This document shows positions 1-9,663 of a stretch of DNA of 64,000 bases, piece by piece. The translations under genes were made by a program, and so were the position numbers. The notes under the pieces are model-generated. The model was not told the DNA's origin. It did no database searches and saw only the letters and a program-made list of their open reading frames with translations. The stretch comes from Marsupella aquatica (Eukaryota; Plantae; Marchantiophyta). The stretch lies in contig OZ316897.1 in assembly GCA_973895155.1 (NCBI GenBank), positions 14,631,375-14,695,374 of the forward strand, given 5' to 3'. Positions within the stretch are counted from its first letter, which is position 1, and each line of letters opens with the position of its first letter.

Positions 1-142
1 TAATGAGTCCAGATCATCAAAGGAGGGGGAGAGTTCTCAGGACTCCCATACTGACAAGGGGAAATCTCCCATCCCAGACCGGGTTGAGGGGGAGATTAGT
101 CATGATGATGTTCATGACAGGAGAGATGGAGAAGCTTCAGGC

Positions 143-1937
143 TTGGAGCTGGTTCCTGTGATGGAACAAGAGGAGCAGATTGTTGCTGGGGTACCTCAAA
201 TTCAACCAGCAGCAGCAGCAGATCAGCCTGAGTCATCTACTAGAAGAACTTCCAGTCGTTCTATTAGAGCTCCTACCAGGTATGGTCAATGGGCAGACTC
301 ATCTAAGCTAGATGATATTGACATTGCACCTGATGATGATGATATGGCTTTGATCTTGGAAGAAGGAGAGTCTTCTTCATATAGTGAGGCTTGTGCTTCA
401 GAGCAAAAGCATGAGTGGAATGCAACAATGCAGAGGGAGTTACAATCTTTGAGTGACAACAAGACATGGGAGCTGGTGGAGCTTCCAAGAGGTCAACAAG
501 TGGTGGACAGCTTGCAAGTGGATTTACAAGTTGAAGGACAGTCCTTCAGAGGGTGGAGATAAGATCTATAAGGCAAGGCTTGTTGCCAAGGGATTCACTC
601 AAGAGAAAGGCGTGGACTACAATGAGGTCTTTTCACCGGTGGCTAAGTATTCCACAATTCGGATCTTGTGTCAACTTGTTGTGTTTTTTAATCTGGTGAT
701 GGATCAGATGGATGTTGTTACAACTTTTCTTTATGGCAACTTGGAAGAGTTGATCTTCATGAGACAGCCACTAGGCTTTATGAAGAAGGGCCAAGAGAAC
801 TTAGTTTGCAGATTGCTCAAGTCTTTGTATGGATTGAAGCAATCTCCCAAACAGTGGAACAAGCGGTTTGATAATTTTATGCTTGCTCAAGGTTTTACAA
901 GGATGGTATATGATCCTTGTGTGTATACGAAATCAGTCAAGAATGATGTATTTGGGTTCATCATTCTAGTGATCTATGTGGATGACATGTTGATTGTGGC
1001 TAAAGATCAATCTGAGGTTGACAGTCTCAAGGCAAAATTGAGTGTTGAATTCAGGATGAAGGATCTTGGTAAGGCCAAGAGGATCTTAGGGATGGAGATT
1101 TTTAGGAACTCTGATATTGGACAGTTGTGCTTGAGTCAAGGCCAGTATGCGAGAAAAGTACTTGCACGATTCAACATGGAGAACTGTAAGCTAGTGAGTA
1201 TTCCTTTAGCTTCACATTTCAAGTTATCATCGGCTTTCTCTCCTATGGATGCTATGGAGAAAGGCCTGATGGCTAAGATTCCTTATGAGAAGGCAGTAGG
1301 CAGTCTGATATATTTGATGACTTGTACTAGGCTTGACTTGGCCCTAGCGATGGGCAAGGTTAGCAGATTCATGTCAAATCCAGGGAAAGTACATTGGGAA
1401 GCTGTGAAGTGGATTCTCAAGTACCTCAAGGGTACACAGGACTATGGTTTACTATTTGATAACAGATCAGATAGAACGTTAGTTGGCTATGTAGATTTTG
1501 ATTATGGAGGCTGTCTGGATACAAGGAGGTCAACAACTGGGTTTGTATACACTCTTGGAGGAGGATGTATCAGTTGGAAATCTACCTTGCAGAAGTGTAT
1601 ATCTCAATCTACTACAGAAGCAGAGTATGTTGCAGCAGCAGAAGCAACAAAGGAAGCAATTTGGTTGGACAAGTTGATCGCGGAGATGGGTTTAGAGCAT
1701 GGCAAAATGACTCTAAACTGTGATAGTCAGAGTGCTCTTCACTTGGCTGCTAACCAGGTGATGGATAGCAGGGTGAAGCACATTGATATCAAGTACCATT
1801 TTATCAGGCAAGCAGTGTCTGATAAAACTTTTGAGCTAGTCAAGATTGATGGAAAGCTCAATCCCGCTGATGCCTTTACCAAAGTGATTCCTTTGGAGAG
1901 TTTCTCAAGACACCGTGCTACTTTGCATGTTTTGTAG
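143..1937 (+). pseudogene. Copia pol (RT-RNase H), frameshifted
   Basis: ORF 143..562 (…NKTWELVELPRG) and ORF 453..1937 (CKWIYK…YVDD…) are consecutive parts of one pol in different frames. Confidence 0.9.
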
Positions 1938-2150
1938 TTGTAGTGCAAGTAGAGTTATTTAGCAATGTGTGACTATTTGTATATGGATTACTCATTCCTA
2001 TTTGGCTACGACTTAGTTCTAGTTAACCCTTAGTTAACCCTTGTGGTTTTTAGGGGGAGACCTGGTTTGGTGATTGTCTAGAACTTCCCGCTGAGGAATC
2101 CATATGGTAGCATTTAGTCCAATTACCAAGACAAGAGTCAAGGGGGAGTT

Positions 2151-2495
2151 TGTTAGATATTGCTCTAGTCTTGTAACTCATGAGCTAACCACAGTTAGTC
2201 TAACTCGAGTTAGGACTTAGCTAATGTTAGCGGTAGTGCTGTTGTGCATATAGCCGGGGCTAATGCTAGACCCCTGGTGGAACTTAGGCTCATTGTTACG
2301 GAGCTAGTTGAGAGATAGGGAGAGCTTGTGCTGTGGATGTTTGGTATGGCCGGTCGGCCTAGAGTGCAGTAAAGCTCTTGTGTGTTCCCGTGGACGTAGC
2401 CTCATGTGGAGGTGAACCATGTATCTCTCTGTGTCAACTATTGTGCGTTGGATGGTTCATGGGCTTGCCGTTACAAATGTCGTCTATGCTCAACA
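2151..2495 (+). repeat. 3' LTR of the copia element (345 bp)
   Basis: Starts TGTTAG right after the PPT and ends TGCTCAACA. The end is supported by the homologous solo LTR at 57808-58150. Confidence 0.9.
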
Positions 2496-4140
2496 ACTTG
2501 GAAGGATCGAGAGATCTTCCTTTATGGAAACCACACCACAATCATGTTCACGCCAATCAGGCAAAGTGTCATATAGCAACCCACAAAGGAAAATCAGAGG
2601 GGCTGGTTTTCGCCATATGAAGGACGTCTTGGATTTGGAAGGCCGTTTTATTAGGTGGGAGGATGGCCCAAATGCTTTGCTACCTAGGAACTATGCTAGT
2701 GCATATCACAAACTGATTGCAAACCTTTGATGTGTGCTAGAACTCCACTGTGACCCTTTGCAACTACTCCCGTGAGTGTTCATGGAAGCTTATCTATCGG
2801 ATGGGAGCTTAAGGGTCTGGGAGTTTTGGATACAGCACAATCACATTACTTCCCAATGGCAACAGTTTAATGATACAGCTAACCCCAGATGGACTTTCAT
2901 GGTGGTCAACGGTCTCCTATCCAAATCTGACACCCTTGCTCCACTAGCTGGACTCCCCCTACATCGTGCGCTGATTAGGACTGAGGGAAAGAACAATGTC
3001 CATAGGCAACATTTTGGGAGTCCTACGGGCCTTCTGGCTCCTCTATTACAATTCGTTTGGAAAGATGGCCTCCCCTTCCTTGATACCGACACTGCACACC
3101 TGAGGGCAATACAAGGTCCCCTCCATCAAACATTGCATAAGGTGGTGCACAAATGGGCATTGCGGCTGAACTGGTGTCCCAATCCAATCACTCTAGGCAG
3201 ATACCTGGCTTTCCTTTTGCGCTGTAAGTGAGAACTGTTTCTTGTGGCAATTGATCTATAGGATACCGGCTACGCAACATTGGCGATTCCCTTGCCTACC
3301 TACTACTGACTCAAGCACTTGGTGTACCAAATGTGATTCCCATCAACAGGAAGATATTGTGCATTGTATATGGGGCTACACAAAGTCGCATGGTGTATGG
3401 GAGTGGGTGCAGTTTGTTTTGCAGTTATGTGCCTTCTCAAGAGGATGCACCATTCAGTTACAACCTGCTCACATCTTTGTAGGTGCAGCCCTACTCGAGG
3501 AATGGGATATCCCTGGGAGACTTTGGCACATTGAGGACTATCATCTGCTGGTGCTTATGGAAAGATCGATGTGCCTTCATGGATCACACCCAACCAAATT
3601 CACAAGGAGTCGTTCGGAAATCATGGCATTGACTGGGAGTGTATATACGGCGGGACTGGAACCGGCAGAAAGTCAAGATACAATCTGGTAGAATCACTAT
3701 CAGGGAAGCACATCATGAGATGACCATGCACTATGGCACCTCGAATGGTCTTTGGATGATTCATGAGAATATCCTTCAGATCCCGCCGGTCCCTCCACGT
3801 CCACCGTGACATCCCCTCCCCTTGTCAGGCTCCAAAGCTGCACTGCAGACTGACTAACTGAGTCATCCCTCTCTCACGGACCCACTGGAAGGAACCTCGC
3901 CAGAACCTAATCACTGGCCGGTCTTTAGGAGTTAGCTGCTCTGACTGTAGTCTCTAAATGTCTTGTTTAGTTGCCTCCTCCTAAGGCACAGCTTCTGTCC
4001 TGGTGCCAGCCTCCCCGGTTGTTAGCTCTCCAACCTTTGGTCCTTTGGGGTGGACCCTGTTTTGGGTCCCCTCTTTTGTATGCTGGCTATTTGAATGAAA
4101 TTTATTTGATTTTTTTGAGGCAAATAAAATAAAAAAATAA
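2496..4140 (+). mobile_element. Degenerate LINE (L1-clade) 3' region, interrupted by the copia insertion
   Basis: Broken ORFs include a zf-RVT-like motif (CTKCDSHQQEDIVHCIWG…VWEWV, 3242..3691). A-rich tail at about 4122-4142. Confidence 0.7.
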
Positions 4141-4339
4141 AATTATTATAATTGGCACACACAAATAGTGTACAAAATAACCTTTTCCACAACACACGGC
4201 TAAAATAGCCAACGGTCCAGCTTCGCCAAAAGTAGTGATTACTGTAGGTAGTGAGCTACGTCCTCACCTCAAATCTATTACCCCCAACAAAGTAGGCCAT
4301 TTTTTTTCTTGATGAAACACATCTTGGCCCCTGAAGACT

Positions 4340-4600
4340 CTTTCTCATTTCTAGTAGTTTGCATTTGCCCTCTTCTCTTGAGGTTTGGTGGACTCCATCG
4401 TCCTTTTGTCTAAATTGGTCTTTGACAAACAGAGAACAAAAAGAGAGCTATGGCTCTGATTCCCCGCCCCCTCATCTTTTCTCAGTTGCCTTCCCCTCTT
4501 GAGTTTGCTCTTTGTCCTCTCTAGACTCCACTGTACTTTGATTGGCCCAATTTTATTTCTAAATCGGTCTTTGCGAAACAGAGGACAAAAAAAGAGCGAC
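4340..4600. repeat. Imperfect ~150-bp tandem duplication upstream of B12D
   Basis: CTAAATTGGTCTTTGACAAACAGAGAACAAAAAGAG (~4410) vs CTAAATCGGTCTTTGCGAAACAGAGGACAAAAAAGAG (~4560). Confidence 0.6.
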
Positions 4601-5038
4601 TGTACCATGAGGAACTATGCAGCATATACCCGGAATGTTTAGCAGAGGTGGGCCTTCAGCCGTGCGATCGGTCGGCGCCCTCAAGATCGGCGGCGGAGGG
4701 TGCCGCTGTGATCTTCTTAATTCAGTTGTTCCCGCATAAACAAACAAACAAATAATAAAGCGACCATAAAATAATAGAACCACAAAGAGACTAGAAGAAG
4801 ACGAGACGAGGACGAAAGGAGAAAAAGCGCAAAGAGAGAGAAGAGAAGAGAAGAAAGAAAGCACAGAAGCGAAAGAGAGAGGAGATCTCAGAGATGACAC
4901 ATTTGGCTGTCAAGGGAAAGAGATTGTAAGGTGGGCTCGAGGTCGTAGGCCAGATCGGGAGACACCGTGGTGCGGAGCGCGCGTGTGGCAGCATCAGAAG
5001 GAGCAGAAACGTCGGTCGGTTCGTCGACAAGTTCCGCT

Positions 5039-6371
5039 ATGGGAAAGGCATTCAAATGGATCCAGCCTGAGGTCAGTCTGCAGCTGAATGATATCTCTCC
5101 CTCTCCCTCTCTCTCTATTTCTGTCTTCCTCTCGTCCTTTGTTACCCCATTCTGTGGTTCTGATTTCTGGCCTTTTTCCTTTCACTTTAGTATGGTGTTT
5201 CTATCGACAGAGATGACACCATTTTCATTCCCTGCCTTGCCCACGGTGGCGCACGTTCTTTCGAGTTCCCCCTTCGATGTTAGGGTTTTGTCAAACGCCT
5301 CCGGCCTGGGGTGATTCCATACTTCGATGGTCTCTCCAGCTTTCGCTTGCTCTCTTCCTCTCGTTGGTTGTTACTTCACTGTGGTTCTACTTTCGGGTCT
5401 CTCCATTTCCGTTTCGGACGGCCGTTGGATCGACAGAGATGAGGACTCACAGGATCAATTTTAGTATCCTGCTACCCGTGGTTGCGCACGTTCTTTCGAG
5501 GAGTTCCCTCTTCGATATTAGGGTTTGGTCAAATGTATACTGCCCGAGGTCAGTCCACAGTTGGATGGTCCCTCCCACTATCTCTTGCTCTCTTCCTCTC
5601 GTCCGTTGTTAGTTCACTGCGGTTCCACTTTCTGGTCTTCCCGTTTTAATACACCCTTCGATTGACAGAGCTGCAATGAGTCCTAGAGTTGTCAATCAAA
5701 CAATTATGTCGGGAAAAAGGGGATGATTATATTGAGGAGAACACATCTACCCACGAATGTAGATGTGTTGCCTGCAACACAGACTCAGGGAAACTTGAAA
5801 GTATCCAATGAGGAAGACTACTGATTAATTTTAAATCTCCTCTTGCGAGAATAGAATCTGTCGTTTTCGTTCCCTTCTACAGTTGGAGATTCGGGCAAAC
5901 TTAAGACGTCCCTGTTTGTTTCGATGATGCAGATTTATCCTCTGTTCTTGGCTGTAGGTACGGCAGTTGGGTTGTGTGGCTTTGCGATAACTCGCAACCT
6001 TGCCATCAATCCTGATGTCAGGTATACCCTATCTGGTTCATGCTGATTGCCCGTCGCTGTGGGAAAGTAGTGGGCATTTAGTTGCTCGGTTGTATGAGTG
6101 CAATTTTCTTGTTTCTCACATTGAGTGTCTGAAAACTGTCAGATATAGTTCTGGATCTAGATGAGTCTATCTTCTGCTTATTTTTTTTGTCTTTTCATTG
6201 TATTTCTGTAGGATCAACAAGGACGATCGTGCAGCGGGAGTACTTGAGAATTTCAAAGAAGGGAAAAGCTACAAAGACCATGGGCTGAGGAAATACGTTC
6301 ACGACAAAACCCCTGAAATCATGCCTGGACTGAATGGCTACTTCAGCGGCAGCAGCCAAAGCAAATCATAA
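5039..6371 (+). CDS. B12D: B12D / NDUFA4 (MLRQ)-like small mitochondrial protein; exons 5039-5071, 5933-6021, 6212-6371
   Basis: Spliced product MGKAFKWIQPE|IYPLFLAVGTAVGLCGFAITRNLAINPDVR|INKDDRAAGVLENFKEGKSYKDHGLRKYVHDKTPEIMPGLNGYFSGSSQSKS* matches the plant B12D pattern. GT-AG introns keep the frame. Confidence 0.93.
5100..5680. repeat. About 2.5 copies of a ~235-bp unit in B12D intron 1; the two full units carry a reverse telo-box (TTAGGGTTT)
   Basis: Repeated blocks ATCGACAGAGATGA, GCGCACGTTCTTTCGAG and TTAGGGTTT (about 5280 and 5518). Confidence 0.7.
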
Positions 6372-7631
6372 CTTTGTGCTCACTGTGCAGTTCGTGTCGT
6401 TCCTTCTTTGGTGCCAGAAATCGTTGTGACAAAACTGTCATGAGAAATGTTCTGATTGTTTGTTTTTCCTCACACTACGAGGACTTAAATCCATCTCGTG
6501 TCAAGTTGGTTGCTGTTTATTACGCAATTTTACTGACTGTTTACAACGTTTGGAAGAACGGGATCACAAGAATAGTTGATACTTGGTTTTTAGAGCTTCA
6601 ATCTCCAACACTATTGATGCCACTGTTGGCACATAGAAAGTGCAACTTTGCTAACCTTGGAAACTCCTTCAACTTGTGATTTCCGGGAGTCTTGTTCATA
6701 TTACCAGATGAGTTACGGATTGGTGTTGGAATGGAGGCTTCTGAATAATACTGGATTGATTTAATTTTGAGCGAGGCAGGTCTTGTATATGTGCTACCTG
6801 TTACGGGTCCTATTCGCAATTTAGGCCAGCTTGGAGAGAAATTTGATTGTGTTTTACCTAGTGGAGTACCAATACTATGCAAGAGAAGTTTACATCATGC
6901 TGACAGTTTTCTTGTTTCTGTCATAGTCCTCCGTTCCCAATTTAGGTGATTGATTTGAACTAGCACGAGCTCGCTAAGTAAATGCAAACGATATTCTATT
7001 TTCACCCTACTTCATGGGAAGTAGAGAATGCTCATACTTGTGGGGACGAAAGCAGTCAGAATGGTACTGATGTGAACTGCTTCAACTGCTAATCATCATC
7101 TTCTTGCAAGCTCCCAACAAGAGATCTGAATGGTTTTTACAACTGAATTTGTAAGGATATCACATTCCTTTAAGGTTCGTTAACCGCTAACAGGGGTTGT
7201 TTTTTTAGTTACATGCACAGTTGGCTGACAACTTCCACGCCAGTTCATTCTCTCTTTTCAATTGGTATGTAGTGTTAATGTTTGACATGGCTCCATCGCG
7301 GCTCCTTTTTCTCTACAACTTGCTTGTTTTCTTTTTCTTGTCGAACCAAATTCATTCAGTCTACTCTGGGTTCGGTTGTCTAATATGCTTCTTCGATTTT
7401 TGTGAGTTGGTAATGTATTGACAAAAGCAGTTATGTCGTTTCATGCCAACTACCCCACTGTGTGTACAGTTCTGATCACGTCATGTCAATTGTTGTCTAT
7501 GCCGTACCAGCTTTGACGAGTGCTTTCAATTTCCCCGGCACTTTTCATGTTTTGATAGCTTTCTCGCTTCTGGTGTGTCTTTCAGTCGTTCTGTTGTCCT
7601 CTTGCTGATTATACTGGCAGGGAGGTGGGCA

Positions 7632-7710
7632 ATGATGAGCACTTACTAAAATCTGTCAATCCTCTGAATGACTTTATGTCAATTGTGGATAATGGTCAAT
7701 GATGTGCTGA
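7632..7710 (+). ncRNA. C/D snoRNA copy 1 (intact)
   Basis: C 7632-7638, guide 7650-7663, D' 7664-7667, D 7707-7710. Confidence 0.9.
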
Positions 7711-7879
7711 GTCCTTCTGGGAACTTTATTTTGTCAAATGACAATTTTGCATTACTCTAGTATGGGTGTGCAAGGAGAAGTAAGCTCTTCAAGCTTCGGC
7801 AATTTTCGGAGCCGTTTTATGCTTCATGTGAAGACTGGTGTGCAGGACACTCATTGGTTTCCCTGTACTAGAACGTACA

Positions 7880-7954
7880 ATGAGCAGCATGTTATGAATC
7901 TGTCGATCCTCTGAAGAGCTTCGTCACTTGTGGACGAGTTTTACTATGTGCTGG
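7880..7954 (+). pseudogene. C/D snoRNA copy 2 (box C ATGAGCA and box D CTGG degenerate; guide AATCTGTCGATCCT)
   Basis: Clear paralog of copy 1 with mutated terminal boxes. Confidence 0.75.
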
Positions 7955-8169
7955 CTGCCATTCCCAGTACAGGTGGAAGTCAATGTTTTCTCCCTTCGAT
8001 CTTTTTCATAAACTGTCTGTGAAGGTTTGGTGAGCGCGTTATTGTGGATTTGCAATCATCGGAACGGATCTATGCCTCGCATGGATTTCGTTATGAGGCT
8101 TTAAGCTACATGCTGCAAAGACCGTGTTGAAGTTACTTCGCCGGCAGACTCTGGGATTTGTTTTTCGCA

Positions 8170-8250
8170 ATGATGAGCACTTTCTTGCTACTCTGTCAAT
8201 CTTCTGAGTGGCTTCTTGCCGCTCGTGGACGACGTTTCTCTTTCTGCTGA
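8170..8250 (+). ncRNA. C/D snoRNA copy 3 (intact boxes, variant guide ACTCTGTCAATCTT)
   Basis: C 8170-8176, D' 8204-8207, D 8247-8250. Still allows a 12-bp duplex with 18S including one U:G pair. Confidence 0.82.
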
Positions 8251-8360
8251 GAGTGCCTCTTTGAGGTTGTGCTAGTAGTAAGTGTCCACTTCTGAGTGGC
8301 TCAATTCTCTCGGAACCTACTAGGCGTTTTCTGCAGACACTTCGTGGGATGTATTGTACA

Positions 8361-8441
8361 ACGATAAGGGTACTATTGTGAATGTGACACTCCTCTGAAT
8401 GGCTTCATGCCATTGTGGACAACGATTTACTGATGTGCTTA
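8361..8441 (+). pseudogene. C/D snoRNA copy 4 (decayed)
   Basis: C ACGATAA, guide AATGTGACACTCCT, D CTTA. Confidence 0.7.
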
Positions 8442-8552
8442 GTCCCTTCTGGAGTTTTGTGTATTCATTATTTTGCTTTCTCATGAGGTTTACCCAGAAT
8501 GTTTGAGACCATTAATGAAGGCATGTTTGGGTAAGTCATGCATTAATCCACA

Positions 8553-8637
8553 ATGATGAGCATATTATTATGAATCTGTCAATCCTCTGAAGGGCATCTT
8601 CACGCCACTTGTGGATAAAGATTTATTTATGTACTGA
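8553..8637 (+). ncRNA. C/D snoRNA copy 5 (intact)
   Basis: C 8553-8559, guide 8573-8586, D' 8587-8590, D 8634-8637. Confidence 0.9.
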
Positions 8638-8824
8638 GTGCCTTTCTGAAGTTGTGTGCTTGGCGCCAACAAAAAAACAATTTCAAATTCTCCGTGATAC
8701 CTCGATGAAGCATGTATTGCTTAGAATTCTCCGAACCATTTATTAGGTTGCTTTCTTACGATATCTTCCCTCTATGTCGACTGGGCTGAAGCCATTGGCG
8801 GGTATGACGTGCATTCAGACATCA

Positions 8825-8904
8825 ATGATGAGCATATTATTATAATTCTGTCAGTCCGAAGGGGGTCTTCATGCAACTTATGGACAAAGATTTTGTATTT
8901 TTGA
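8825..8904 (+). pseudogene. C/D snoRNA copy 6 (partly decayed)
   Basis: Box C intact, guide/D' eroded (TTCTGTCAGTCCGA), D TTGA. Confidence 0.7.
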
Positions 8905-9005
8905 GTACCTTTCTGAAGTGCTTCTGGTTTCTTTCTTCCTAGTTGTTCCGGTAGTATTTGAGAATCTGTTGAAGTTATTGCGGTAAGGTATGCAATCAGT
9001 CCACA

Positions 9006-9089
9006 ATGATGAGCATAAATTTATAAATCTGTCAATCCTCTGAAGGGCGTCTTCATGCCACTTGTTGACAAAGGTTTATTGTGTGCTGA
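9006..9089 (+). ncRNA. C/D snoRNA copy 7 (intact)
   Basis: C 9006-9012, guide 9026-9039, D' 9040-9043, D 9086-9089. Confidence 0.9.
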
Positions 9090-9180
9090 GTGCCTTTGTT
9101 AGTAGTGGTTGCTTTTTTCGCCCAACTATCTGAGAGTCTTCTGGAGGTATTCGCTGGTACCTTGTGGAGGTCGGTTTACA

Positions 9181-9262
9181 ACGGTGCGCTTATCATTTTA
9201 CGTGTCGATTTTCTAAAGGGCTTCATGTCATTCGTGGATTAAGTTTACTAGGGCAGTGGGCC
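9181..9262 (+). pseudogene. C/D snoRNA copy 8 (strongly decayed)
   Basis: Residual TGTCGATTTTCTAAAGGGCTTCATGTCATTCGTGGA aligns to the unit core; boxes are lost. Confidence 0.55.
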
Positions 9263-9346
9263 TTTCTAAGATGTCGTGCTAGTGTTGATTGTGTCCTTAT
9301 GTTTCGTTGCCCAGTTGTTTTTTGCCTCGTGGCATTTTATTGTACG

Positions 9347-9425
9347 ATGATGAGCATACCATTAAATCTGTCAATCCTCCGAAGGGCGTCAGGCCAGTTG
9401 TGGACAAAGGTTTATTATGTGCTGA
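9347..9425 (+). ncRNA. C/D snoRNA copy 9 (intact; D' CCGA)
   Basis: C 9347-9353, guide 9365-9378, D 9422-9425. Confidence 0.87.
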
Positions 9426-9482
9426 GTGCCCTTCAACATGACCTCGTTTAGTTGCAATTACGGTTTGTTGGCTTGTTGTTTG

Positions 9483-9663
9483 AGAACCTAGTGATGATAG
9501 TTTACCGCTACAGCGTTGGGCGACAGACCTAGTTTACAGTCCATTAATTGAGTAGAAAGGTCTCCTGGTTTGCTGACAGAGTTACTTGCGCTCGTTACAT
9601 CTCGGTTTTGAGTACTGAACCGAAGAGATTCTCGGGTCAGAGTCAACTAACAATCTGAATTCT
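9483..9663 (+). ncRNA. Candidate long (~170 nt) orphan box C/D RNA ending the cluster
   Basis: Box C GTGATGA 9491-9497, box D CTGA 9655-9658, terminal stem AGAA/TTCT. Internal stems AGACCT/AGGTCT and CTGACAGAG…CTCGGGTCAG. Confidence 0.5.

Larger units (their letters stand above)
1..2495 (+). mobile_element. Ty1/copia LTR retrotransposon, 3' part (5' end outside window)
   Basis: Copia RT (KARLVAKGFTQ, LYGLKQSP, YVDD) and RNase H (STTEAEY, KHIDIKYHFIR) in ORF 453..1937. Frameshift near 500 relative to ORF 143..562. Polypurine tract AGGGGGAG 2141-2148, then a TGTT...AACA LTR. Confidence 0.95.
7445..9425 (+). ncRNA. Tandem array of 9-10 paralogous box C/D snoRNAs predicted to guide 2'-O-methylation of the U in 18S rRNA AGGA(Um)UGACAGAUU (snoR14-like by recall, unverified)
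   Basis: Repeated 78-90-nt unit: box C ATGATGA, guide AATCTGTCAATCCT, box D' CTGA, C'-like GTGGAY, box D CTGA. The guide is the exact reverse complement of the conserved 18S segment AGGATTGACAGATT. Confidence 0.9.

Noticed and set aside
4585-4740. GC-rich hairpin region that could be a minus-strand Pol III or H/ACA RNA
   Set aside because: No recognisable snRNA, SRP or tRNA motifs, no clear H box or USE/TATA, and the T-run belongs to a local duplication.
6990-7085. Two hairpins upstream of the snoRNA array as a possible H/ACA snoRNA
   Set aside because: No ANANNA hinge or correctly placed ACA.
7445-9425. CRISPR-like repeat-spacer array
   Set aside because: Eukaryotic context with no cas genes. 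Units are ~80 nt with 100-200-nt spacers and carry C/D boxes and an rRNA antisense element.
9500-9598. Short complementarities to bacterial/organellar 16S rRNA (TTTACCGCTACA, TTGCGCTCGTTAC)
   Set aside because: Imperfect, not adjacent to a D or D' box, and in the wrong compartment for a snoRNP. Treated as chance.
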